Source: Tubulanus polymorphus (taxonomy: Eukaryota; Animalia; Nemertea). Taken from it: a DNA stretch of 64,000 nt. Where the stretch lies: assembly GCF_964204645.1 (NCBI RefSeq), contig NC_134027.1:10510485-10574484 (forward strand), given 5' to 3'. The translations under genes were made by a program, and so were the position numbers. Below the pieces are notes generated by a model, which was not told the DNA's origin, did not search any database, and worked only from the letters and a program-made list of their open reading frames with translations. Position 1 is the first letter of the stretch. Each line of letters starts with the position of its first letter. Shown here in pieces: positions 26,378-38,627 of the stretch.

Positions 26378-26914
26378 AAGAAAACTGATGATACGAGATT
26401 CTAACGGCATTGGCAATTTGCTTTCACTCAAAGCAGACCTATTGTTGTGGAACCTGTAACAGAAAGAATGGCCCAGAAGTTGTCTGTGATTGGCAGAACC
26501 GTGTAGCCAATTTGAGATACGATTACGATTACGATTTTATTTACACTCCAACCATTTCCATAGCATATGGAGGAAAACTATTACACATAGTTACAGGCAG
26601 CAGCGCCCGCTGGCAAAGAGGGCGCTAGCTGACGGCCTGGTTGTCGTGGCGTAAATATTGTTATGCCCCGTTCCGATGCAAAACCCTCTTGTATATTAAT
26701 CAATATCATCGACAATATAACATAAGGTCAAGTTATTCGACTACTACATGTATTATTAGAATTTCTAGTTGGTAATGTTTGGCACACTGACGAATTTATA
26801 TCGATTAATAAAATCACTAACGTTACAAATCGATTATCTTTTTTAATTCGAATTACTTTTTTCACACGAAAATACGACGAATACAATGCAAAGCAGCGAT
26901 AACGGGTTTTTTAC

Positions 26915-27222
26915 AGTTTTCAATCAAAATTCAGAATCAAATGTTTTAAAATCAAGAATTAATTCAAATTTGAAATTTCTGAATTCATTGTAGTTCCGTA
27001 TGTTCCTGTCTTGGAAAAGTATCGTCACCCTCACCCTCTCCCTTTATTGGAAAAATAGATAATTTTTACATATGAGAACAAGATTAGCAATGCTTTAGTA
27101 AAAAAAAAATGAATCCAAACCCTGTGGACAGCGGAGTATATAGAATTCCTTGTTTCGGCTGTGACAAAATGTCCTTTGGAGATACTGGCCGAGATCTAAA
27201 AAAAAAAAAAAAAAAAAAAAAA
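26915..27222 (+). mobile_element. Penelope-like element fragment (RT thumb/linker plus start of GIY-YIG endonuclease) ending in an A-run
   Basis: EFIVVPYVPVLEK ... SGVYRIPCFGCDKMSFGDTGRDLK, a decayed form of the PLE motif GxVYxIPCxxCxxxYIGETGR. Confidence 0.75.
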
Positions 27223-27619
27223 CCCAGTCGGGTAACAGGTAAGCCATCAATGAAATAGTGAAGTGAGGTAAGTTTATATAAATGCTGCCTCAGCGGGTGC
27301 ACCCTTTAGCGTCACGGCATTATTCACTGGACTTAATAAGCATCACCTTTTCATGTAGAGCAATCGACGCAGGAGAGTAAACCAGGGAGAGTTTCTTCAT
27401 TGTAAAATGTATCATCAACAATTATCAAAATTATTGAAACTAACTAGAGAATACCCGTGGAAAGGTGAATATTAGCTCAGAACTTCAAACTGTCCGATAT
27501 ATTTGCCATGGAATTTAGTCAGACCGTTTAAAAAATCATGTGTCCATGCCTGAGGAGACCATATTTGATAGCCTGGATCCGCGGATACTGGGAACTATCG
27601 GGGGTGAACAAAATATGCA

Positions 27620-27684
27620 TTCATGCGGGATTCGAACTTATGATATAGTAGGCAAAAGTCACGTGCTCTACCTACTGGCCACAT
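27620..27684 (-). mobile_element. Degenerate tRNA-derived SINE-head-like segment
   Basis: Minus strand reads GTGGCCAGTAGGTAGAGC...AGTTCGAATCCCGC (A- and B-box-like). No intact cloverleaf. Confidence 0.45.
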
Positions 27685-29435
27685 GAATATTTTCACACCC
27701 GTTTAAAGCCGTTGCATTAGTTTATACCACACCAAATTACAAGGCCCAATTCTTCTCCGCTGCGACAGTATTTGGTACATAGATTCATGTTAATATATAG
27801 ATTATAATTATCAATGTAAATATATTTACGATAATAAATACATTATACACCATTTTATCTACTTGGCGATATCTAATGGAAAGCTCTCGATGGACAGATC
27901 AGAGTTTACTATATTGACCCTTTTTGCAAAATTGTATCGAAAAAGGGTTTGCCCATCTTCATAATCTACATCAAGGAAATACGAATTATCACAGCTTTGA
28001 AAAAAAGAAAGGTTTCTGCACGATAACAATACATGTCTGAAAAAAATCGAACACTAATATCAATAGCTTTTCTAGAGGGGACCATAGGAATTGATTTTTT
28101 TGTTCACTCATCCTCTGTAATATTGATGTGAATTAGCGAACCACTAATGTAATCGTTAATGGAAGTCAAACGTAACTCAAACGTTATATGAAAATTCAAT
28201 ACCGTGTTATGTGAAATATCTATATGTTAAGTATCTATTAAGTACTTTCTCAATCGTGAGATTTGTAAGCTGCGACATCTGCCAAAAGTCGCTAATCGAA
28301 AACGAATGTTACAAAAGATGATTTGACCAAAAAGAAACTAATACGATGTTAAATGCAAAAGAGAATGAAATATATATTTTTACAAGCATTGTGAATAAAA
28401 GATTTGTTTCCTTTCGAGTGCGTGTTTTTTTTTCCCTAGAAATCTAAAAAAGGACATAACGTTTACGTACGCTGTATAAGAATGATTCAGAAGATTATTC
28501 AACGTTCTTCAAATTTAATCACTTCCCTTGCTGTCATGCGATATACTATAAATATCAATTTACTTTAGTTTATCTGCTGTCATTTCATGTAGAGTCAGAA
28601 AGAGGCGGGAAAAGACCAATAAAAAGGCGCAGAAAGGAAGTTCGTCCTCGAGTGCCTTGGCATTTTTCGGAACCTTCGAGTGTTGTGGACATGCCGCTTT
28701 CGCGTCGGCCGAGAGCGATCTTATTTAAACCTCGCTCACTTACGTTTTACGTGTAGTTGATTTCGATTTATAGACAGATATCCACAGATTGCCTGAGGGT
28801 CAATTTTTCAACGGTATACTGGAGTTCGAAATAAAAAAAAAAACACGTGCACGCATGGATATCTAAGGTAAATAGTTGGATTTCTTTCCTTTCCCCGATG
28901 ATTTTGAATTATATTCCTAATGCATACGTAAATCCTTTAAGTAAGTCCCTTTTGCTGAGTACACATTTTCAAGACAAGTTTTCATATTATTCTCTAATTC
29001 TGTGGAACTGTAGATGTTTGAAATGTATATCCATATAGTTGACCTCAAATATGTACCACTCAAAGGTTTGCCAATCGGTAACCTCGGAAATTGCTTGTAC
29101 GTCAAAATCAGGCTGTCCCAAGACGACCCCGATGTGTGCTGAGCCTGTTAGAATATTATGTAGCATTTCAATCACGTTGATAAAGTATTAAACAGTCGGT
29201 CAAACCCGATCGGAACCTGTGCCTTTTAAGAGTTCACCAACGCGATGTACATATTCCACTGAAATTATGCAAAATTATGCAAACGGACCCTGTTTTATTG
29301 TAATTAGGTCAAAATAAGGGCAATACCAACCGTGAATTCAATTCATCATTGGTAATGGCATCGATCATCGGGTGAAATGGTTGTTTTTGCAGATTTAAGT
29401 TCTTAGCGTTATCTAGGGTGAACACTAAAGCAAAT

Positions 29436-31356
29436 ATGGAAAAATCTGTCGAATCCAAAAACTACCAGAAGAAGCTACCTACAGACTTGTCGGATTTGAC
29501 AACGAGCATCGATGCTGGGACGGGTATTGCCGAAGATGATGAAGGCGGTAGTCTCTTAGCCGACGTTGAAAATGATCCGGAACACGACCCCGCGAAGTTC
29601 GAGGATGTGTTGCATATCGTTGGTGGTACTAACCGATTTCAGATCCTCGTGTACATTATGGCGAATGTTTCTTTTGAATTTATTTCCGGTTGTGCAACGA
29701 TTTACTTCATCATAGAAGGTGCAAATCCAGGCTGGAGCTGTTTGAAATGTGAAAAATACGTGTCAAACGGATCTTTCTGTTCTCAGTTCAGCGCTAACGC
29801 TACAGAAGGCAGCTGTAAAAACAACAATGACAACTGCCACAATATGACTTTCAGCACTCAATACACATCGATTGTCTCAGAGGTACTCATTCCAAAAAGT
29901 CACCACCTCCTCGATTAAGCGAACAACGATTCCAAGTTTTACATGTATTTATAGAATATTTCGTCAAATTCTTCAGTGGGCACTTGTTTGCAACGAAAGC
30001 TGGATCGCTAAACTAGTGGTCAGCATGTTCTTCGCAGGGTTATTGGTCGGTGTCGTTGTTATGGGGCAAATATCTGACAGTTTTGGACGAAAGACCAGTC
30101 TTATACCTTGTTGGATCGTACTCATCATTGCGCAGTCTGTCTTATCGTTGTTACCTTCAGTTCCCATCTACATAACCATTCGGTTTGTAGCTGGCATGTG
30201 TGTAGGTAAGTACGCGCGATTTTTTATAAGCATCCTTGTCCGAAATAGAAAAACATTAAAGGAAAGCTCCAATTTGGTAGCTGGTATATAACTAACAAGT
30301 TAGGTTACCGCTTAGGGAACTTCGGTTATTAGTAATTGAAAGAACCACTTAAAATGTCATTGTAGGGTGTTTGGCAGCTAATGGTGGAGTACTAGTGATG
30401 GAATTCATGGATCCAAAATGGCGGACAGTTGTCGGTTTCCGGTTCGGCTGGCCGGTTGGTCAATGCACTACTGCATTGATGGCTTACCTGTTACCCGACT
30501 GGAGGAAACTGTCACTAGCAACCGGACTCGTTAGCTTACCATTACTTCCTATAATCGCGTAGTGAGTTCCCCCGTATATGAAACACTGTCCGAAAATGAA
30601 TAATATTGAAAATGCATAAATATCTGGTAATATCTAGAATTCTTACATTATCTGTGATTCGCAATATCTACCATTAGGTTTTCCAGCGAATGTCATTCTT
30701 TCAGGATCAATATAGATTTCGAACAAAAATTTGCTTTACAGTTTTCTCCCGGAGAGCGCTCGCTGGTACTTAGAAAAACGGAAAATCGACCAAGCGGAAA
30801 ATTGCTTGAAATACGTAGCCAAAATTAATGGAAAGGATACGACCGGATTGCGAGAAAACTAGAGTTGATCAGCAATGAAGAGGGCACGAACAAAAATGCA
30901 AAATCATTGAATGTTACTTATCTATTCCGCACAAGGAAAATGGCTATTCGAAGCGTCGTTTTGATATACGCCTGGCAAGTATCAAGTCATTATTATACCA
31001 ACAGAATGTCTTTGGTAAATAGGAATTTCCTTTATCATCATTCGATATGTTTAATCCATATGGTTAACACATTCTGCATATGTAAATAGATCCCTAATTA
31101 TAATAGCATATGATTCCATTTATAACTTGATAACTTTATTACTTAAACGCTAGTGTTAAAAGTATTATATTGTTTTTTTTATTCTAAGTGTGAGGATTGC
31201 CTGATTGTGTTAATCAACTTCATCGTAATCGTTTCGAGAATTAAGTGCTCGAAAGCACAGTGCGGAAGTAATTTCTATTTTCATACTTCTTTTTCCTCGA
31301 ATTGTTCATTCAGGCTGGCAACATCGCTACTGTATTACGGAATTTTTTTCGCGTGA
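29436..31356 (+). pseudogene. SLC22-family copy 4, frameshifted and 3'-truncated. Exons 29436-29882, 29977-30205, 30366-30561, 30742-30974, 31314-~31343
   Basis: A 1-bp deletion in exon 4 (GAGAAAACTAG vs GAGAAAAACTAG) creates TAG at 30860-30862. Exon 5 breaks after LATSLLYYGI and runs straight into sequence homologous to the post-gene flank of copies 1 and 3. Exons 6-8 are absent. Confidence 0.88.
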
Positions 31357-33618
31357 AAATACCAGAAAGACGATGAATATGTGTGCAAACCAGCGATAAC
31401 GGGTTTTCTACATTAGAGATGTTTCCATCCGATAAATAATATTTAATTTTTCCGCATTATGTATATGTGGCGCTAAAAGAATACCAAGTTAACCGATATA
31501 TCATTATGAATATCTAGTAAAGGGTTACAAAACGAAACTACGAACACGCTTCTATCTCGTACGGTTACGGAACTAGGAACATCTTTAAAATTGAATTAGT
31601 TATCGAATGTATCACAACACATACCCAGTGTAAGCTTTTGATGATACCTTTTCATCGATGCATTATTTTCCATTTAAAACACATACAAATGGAGCGAATT
31701 TAAATGACATGGTTTCCAGAGCAAAGGCCCTTTGACTTGGCAACTGAGCATATATTCATATATACAAATCATTCATAAAAGCATTATCGATTCTCCAAAT
31801 CCTAGCGAGCTAAATTCTGAAAAAAGGGCCTGGTTGAAATCTATATGAACTTTTTCGCGAAAATTTGAACGCTAAAATATCGGTTTTAGAGAGCCAATCA
31901 GAAAGCAAAGACTCCTCTATGATTGGCTTAGCCGCAGAAATCAGCAGGTGTTCACTTGAAACTGCGGTATGGTCTACTGTTTTACTTCTGGGATTTTATC
32001 TTAAGATTTAAAATGTATTTCAAGATTGATTTCTGTAAAATTTCTAGTTGATTTTTTGGGTGGAATATCTTAATTTGCACTACAGCCAATTCTGCAAAGT
32101 CCGGGAGAAATAGCTATTTCTCAAGTGCTTAAATCCAAATTCAATCAAATTTTATTCTGTTAAAAATATCAAATCCGATTCAATTTTATTTTAATGAACA
32201 CATCAAACATCAAATTCAATTTTGTTTTATTGAGCAAATTTCAGTAAATCCAATTCTATTCCGTATTCAAATCGATAAAACCATCACTCATCAAAACACG
32301 ATTGTACTGTGAAAATTGTAGGTATTGACTCTTGAGTTGGGAGTGTATTTTTACAAATACAACCCACAGAATGCATCATTTGCCATTTTATGAAAAGCTG
32401 ACAGGCTGGCCATAGTGCCCCTTAGAGCTCTAGTTCATTTTCCACGGACATCCTACTAACGAGGTTCGACTGTATTAACTTCCCTATCATAAATCATTTC
32501 CACAAAAATTCAGATCTCCTAAAAAATTGAAACTTGAAATCAAATTAGGGGTGCCGATCAACATTTTTACATCGTGGTACAGATCCCACTCAAAAAAATT
32601 GACATGCCAAATAAATTTGTAGAAATGCCAATCAAACTATCAGAGATGTCAATCAAACTTTATTTCCTGGTTGAGCTGTCAATCAGAATTTTGTTTTCAT
32701 GGAAGTAGTAAATCAAAATATTGACACCAGGGAGATAGATTTGTATAAAAGGGCCCATATGTTGAATGTTAGATCAGAGTTCAGAACAAGCTTTCTGGTG
32801 GAAAGTTTTTCAAGCTGCAGTGGAAAGAAAGATAAAGATGCTGAAATATTATAAAACGGAATTGATATATTCTAAATATTACTCGCCCTTGGATTACTTC
32901 ATTGCATGGTTGATCGTTGATTATGGAAGTACATTGAACGGAGCGATGCAAACACAAGGATACGACGATAAATCGTACTTTTGAGACGAGATTTATTTCA
33001 ATGTGCATAACACACGGGAACGAATAGTCAATTTGTCAGTCCTCTCACATTTGTTTTCAGTTCTTGTTTTTTTTATTGTTATGGTCTATTGTTTAAATTC
33101 CGCATGCCAAAATGTTAACCGAAGTTAATAGTGATGGATCGTGTAAATAAGTAAATAGTCGAGTAAGAAAGAAATGTCGTCGTGTTGTCATAGACTGATA
33201 ATTGAAGTATAATTGCTGCTGAAATAGGCTTCTGCCGGATGATGAATTGGTAGTTCAAGCATAGTTCAACCATACTTAAGTAATATTTGATAATGAAATA
33301 ACGATGGTATTCACCACAAATTGTCGTTTAAAAGCATCATATAACGATAAACCCAGCGTGAAACCAACGTAACCTCAAATTAACCAGTTTGGTCACTTTT
33401 ATTAAGTCCAGCAGGATAATCACGTCATCGAGCCATTACCATGCACGGTGTTAACAAGTTTTACGTGACCCCGGTCCCACGTCGAGATAATAGCTATATA
33501 ATATTTGTGACGAGTTGATAGCGGAAATGAATCATGCAAATAGATCATTTTTACTATTGCGCATGATATAAAAGCCAAGAAGACCATTCTCGCTATAACA
33601 GTGGCCAGAACCAGTCTG

Positions 33619-34846
33619 ATGAAAACCATGTCGTCGAAATATCTTGGTCTGATACTCTTGCAGGTTTTGGTATCGCTCGTTGCATCCAACGAGTTGCATC
33701 ACGTTCGGGTAAGCATCATTGCATTTTAATAATCCTTCCTTGCGAGGATATAGAGGTTTATATTAGAGGATTAACCGCTGCCCAATGGAAATGCTATATA
33801 TCACACAGAAGCTTCTGTTATCATTGGTTCAAGCTTTGTTTTATGCGAACATGGAAAATATTTCAATACGTCACTGCGGTATAAATCCTATCTAGGCTAA
33901 GTAATTCAAAGCTTATTATCGAATTATCAAATAACCATTTGAATGCATTCGTTAACCTTTTTATATGAAATAGGTAGTTTAAAAAAGGTTACTCGTAACT
34001 ACATGTATGATAAATTGGAAATGTTACCGTCTGCAGTGAGGCGAAACTCATGAAACATTAGTGATGCCAAAATTGATTTGGCCGATTTATCTGGACTCTA
34101 AAACGCAGAGTTTACGAGTTTATTGTTTAGGTAATTTGCACTTGTGCGCGTGCATAAGACGAATCCTGACTGGACATTGATCAAATTTATAAACATAAGA
34201 GACCTTTTATGCTAGAGTCAGCATTTATTACTTTGTAGTAAATGAGGAAGAATACTTGACGTGGTAAAATTATGCTGAAAGTTACCGCAGTACTTTGCCT
34301 TTTAAATGTCATTCATACAAGTTCTACGATTTTAAGACATTGTTTGGTACATCTAAGAATTTGCATGCGTTGATATCTACCCGGTAGTCTCCTCGTTTCC
34401 TTTTTCGATAATTCTGTCGTTTTTATTCTGCTTATTTGACATACATTAAAATGACATTTTACGATTAATTTTTCATTCAGAATGGCTTGGTGACGATTCA
34501 CGGAACCGTTGGGTTTCCAGGCGATGGCCCGCCGAGTTTTCCCGAAAATACGCACATGTACGTCAGCCTCTCAGATGACTCGATGGCGGATGGAAAGTCA
34601 ATCGTCTTGCACAAGATGGAAGTCGATCTCAATGACCACAGAGCCGGAAGACCAATTACATACACGATGACTGTGCCTCCGAGTAGCGGGTCTTTAGTCA
34701 CCATATCAGTCGTGGTGAACGTTGGCTGGGAACCAGAAGGAGGAGATTGGATCCACAAGGGCGACTACCTTACTACGACTTCATACAGAGTTGATTTCAC
34801 GAAGGGCAACAACATAGAACGTAATGTCGCCGTCGAAAGAATATGA
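33619..34846 (+). CDS. Secreted ~151-aa protein with YbaY/YscW-like domain. Exons 33619-33708 and 34481-34846
   Basis: TATAAAA at ~33567. Exon 1 encodes a signal peptide (MKTMSSKYLGLILLQVLVSLVASNELHHVR|gtaagc); phase-0 intron. Exon 2 encodes VTIHGTV..VSLSDDSMADGKSIVL..PITYTM..ISVVVNVGW..GDYLTTT. AATAAA at 34883 and 34905. The family call is by motif recognition only. Confidence 0.82.
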
Positions 34847-35512
34847 ACTCAAACCTTGATTACCGATATCCGCATTATTTCAAATAAATATGAATATAAT
34901 GATCAATAAAAGTATATACATGGTTATCTTTTTATCAGGTTGTGCTTTATCTTCATCAACAAATTGGGTAGAGAAAGTAATCAATATGCTCGTGCAACAA
35001 TACAGGTTCAAAAGGTGAACGAGTCGAATATTTATACCGGTATGCTAAAGATTTTGAAAATCTTAAAAAGATTTCCTCGGTATAGACAGGATGGCAAATC
35101 TAGGCCAATTTGGCCAGGGCGATGGTGTTATCTAAAGAGTTCCACTTTAAATTAGATCATAAAACTTCCAAATGAAATGAGTATTAAAGGATAACGTGCT
35201 CACCTGTCAGGCTTAAGCGTGTTCGGCTAGAAAAGACAACTAATTTCAATGAAAGTCCTTGATTTACAAAAGCCTAGCATTATACCAAGAATCAATACGC
35301 ACGCAATTTTTTGTGAGCTCAACCAAAGTGTACTGTGTTATATAATGAAAATGGTGAAAACGAAAGGACCAAGTAACTGGAAAGTGAAGTCGGTGATTAT
35401 ATGCATTGTCTTGTTGAATCTGTCGATTGTAGCTGTGTGTGAGAGCATGGACGTATTAACTAGATCTAGTTTATACGTCCATGGAAAGCTGGGGGAAGAG
35501 CGCATGAAGGGG

Positions 35513-36199
35513 ATACGAGAAAAATCCCACAATAAAAAAATTAGATGATAAAATGTTTAGAATAAAACCGGCTCTTCGTCATTTGAATACTGATTTAATT
35601 TTCAAGTATAATAACAAAATTTCTAATTTTTGCTCCAATAACAATCTGAACCCTAATGTCCATTGTGGAGTTCATAAAATCAACTGTTCTGATTGTAACC
35701 TTTTTTAAATTGGGGAAACCGGTAGGAATATTAAGGATCGTATTAAAGAACATAAACGAGATGTATTTAATGGGTTAAATTAGAAAGTGGGGTAGTCTCC
35801 CATTCTTTGGTTACCGGACACAATTTTTATTTTTCTGGAGCCAATATTATCTTTCCCAACAGTATTCGGACTAAACGACATATAGTTGAATCTGCTTTGA
35901 TTACTACTCATTCCGATCGTTCTGTCAACCTCAATAATGGTTTCAGCCCCCATAATAAACTTCTTTCAAGTTTTGTCAGTGCTCTAGTCCCCATAACGTA
36001 ATGTGCAGCGATTCGTGTCCTATTTCACATTTCATGTATTAATATTTTTATTTGGCAAGTCATTTTAGACTGAAGAAGGGTGGTAGTAACCACCCGAAAT
36101 ATTTCTTATAATTTTTAATAAACATTTTATCATCTAATTCTTTTATTGTGGGATTTTACTCGTATCGTTTTATCACGGATATTGTGATCTACCATTGAT
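35513..36199 (+). mobile_element. 5'-truncated Penelope-like retroelement with inverted terminal segment, 3' tail and 13-bp TSD
   Basis: GIY-YIG remnant CGVHKINCSDCNLF*IGETGRNIKDRIKEHKRD..KRHIVESALI. ~48-bp inverted repeat at 35512-35559 / 36119-36167. GCGCATGAAGGGG is duplicated at 35500-35512 and 36200-36212. Confidence 0.9.
36067..36106 (+). ncRNA. Minimal type-I hammerhead ribozyme motif in the PLE 3' repeat
   Basis: aga CUGAAGA a GGGUGGU agua ACCACCC GAAA ua UU ucu: core boxes, 7-bp stem II, palindromic AUAU in place of stem III, 3-bp stem I. Confidence 0.8.
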
Positions 36200-38627
36200 G
36201 CGCATGAAGGGGGCTTGAATTCAACTGGGGGAGGGCGTTCGGGCGTTCATTGGTATTCGGTATTATTATATTTTGTCTTTTTAGTTTCATTTTGTAAAAG
36301 CATGCCTAAAATGTGCCATGCAGCACTTGGCATGTCATATATATGTTTGTAATCTTTTCTATCTAATAAAGACTTATTTGATTAGAAAAAAGAAAAAAAA
36401 ATGTTTTGCAAGAAAATGTGTGACCGAAGCTTTAAGGTTAATTATTCATTAAGTATGATTGTAGTTAATTTTTTAAGTTGGTAGAACTAGGTGTTTGCTC
36501 GAGGATGGATTGTTAAAATGCTATGATACTACACCATGCATGGCTGAACAATATCACGTGTAGTTGAATAGCCACGAAAATGAAGTCGAACCAAAAACAT
36601 GAAGCAAGGATTGTTGCATTGTGTACATTTGTTGATGAATGACCAGCTGCCGTTTGCGACATGAGTCTGAGACATATTTCTCATTTCTGTTTTAATGATT
36701 CAGCTGCTTCGGAACTTGTTTAATCGTAACCATTTTTACCAATGCACAGAGCTAGCTCGATGTTCCATTTCCCTCACAGAATGTTGACACTTCAGATTCA
36801 GTATTTCTCTGTTACTTTCTGAACACTAAAGATAACAGTTTATCGCCTTTTCTAGGTATCTACTGTGGGTCATGCGGTGTTGATTTGAATGCAGGCGACG
36901 GGTCAAGCGCGGGGAGCAATTTTATTGCGGTGGTTGTGCGGGACAAAAGGAAGTTGCTGCCCTGTGTAGCCGTTGGTGGAATAACATTAAAGGATTGTGT
37001 TGGTATTTTGCTGAATGCTTTCGCAACAAATGCATCGACAAGTACGGCAGTCCACCATCTCCTTCAGCACAATTAGGTTAGTAGCTTTAAGATGCGTGGG
37101 GCACGACCCCAAAATTAAACCTAGAATGAAAAACAGGCCTGTAGCCAGGCATGTCTACGGGTGAGTTCAATTTTTATGAACGAGGATTTTGTATAAGGTG
37201 TTCCCTCAGAATGTTAGATGCCAAGAGAAGCAATTTCTCAACTTCTAGCATATTCAGGGCGCAAATATTGCTTCTTTTTCCAAAAATTAAATCAAGTAAG
37301 TTTCGAAGCACGGGCATATTTTGAACGAAAACTAGTGAAAAACGGTAATGAATGAGTGAACCTTTAGAATAGGATGATCTACATTAACATAAAATGTACG
37401 TCAAGTGATATAACGTTGGAATTCGTCCACCGTCGGTGAATACGGAGATATTCGCAAATTTAGAGCGAAAATTCACTAAAATCAACGCAAATATTTTCCT
37501 CGCTAATTCATCAATTTTCATGCTTTTCTGCGTGAACGATAGGCCACCCCTAAACGCTCACATTCCACAACACGTGGCTTTTTAAAGTTAGATTACGTAA
37601 ATAATTGATATTTTTCAAGACGTGGTTTTATAGGCCGGCGCCGTACTGACTGGGCCCAACTTGGATTCGTTGTTAGTTAAGGCCCTACTCATCAATATAT
37701 TCGCCATGGCGGGCGGACTCCATCGTGATATCACTCATACGATAAGATAGAATTGTTAAGAAAATACTTTTAAGTAAAATAAAAACGAATTGAATATTTT
37801 ATTCTCGAATACCAAAACTATAAAATCAATCATAAGTTACGTCCATCCCCCATCAAGGATAACAAATATTTGAAATGGTTATGTGAATATAGTAATTCTT
37901 TCTTTGATGATAAATCATATCAGAAACAAATTGCTCTCAATGAGGTCACCACAGGAATCCAGCTATGATGAGGGTAAAATAAGTTGTTGACCTAAATATC
38001 AATTAGCAATGACGTTTTACGATGCACAATGGTTGGACTGGTTCCCGTTGCGTGAAAATTTGCTAATCACTTTTTGCGAGGACTTAAGTGAATACGACGC
38101 AACGCAAAATCATTTACATCGCAAATGGTCTCGCAACGCAAATCGTCCGCACATAACTCTACCTAAAATCTCCGCAGGAATACGACTCCAATTCTACATT
38201 GTTTTACTGTGTGTCAATTCAGTACGTAAGAGGCATATACTGCTTTATTGTTGGTTTAAGTGATATAACTTTTATATTATGTTTATGTTTATTGACATCC
38301 CTTCATTAACTCAAAAATTGCCAATATGGATCCAGATATATTTGAAGGCGGCATCCCAAAGTAGATTATAGTGAAAGAAAAAGAGAGGGAGCACAATCCA
38401 TTGAAATGAAAAAAATTATAGAACTTTCACTGACAATGAAATGAATAATGAAGGATCCCTTGCTCACTTATCGGAATGAGTTAAGCTAGAAGGAATATCC
38501 AATTATAATGAATCAAAATCCCTAGATTTGTAAAAGCCATAGCATTGATATACCGAGAATTAATGCACGCATTCGTTCGTGACCTCAACAAAAAGTATGC
38601 GGAAAACCGGTTTATTTACTGTGTTAA

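Larger units (their letters stand above)
35345..37068 (+). pseudogene. Disrupted paralog (copy A) of the Cys-rich protein gene at 38628-40029
   Basis: Signal-peptide exon closely matches 38628 onward but is interrupted by a 38-bp palindrome and a PLE; it resumes at ~36213 (LEFNWG) and is cut again. Exon 2 starts at 36856 with a 1-bp deletion near 36905 and is truncated at ~37068. Confidence 0.85.
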
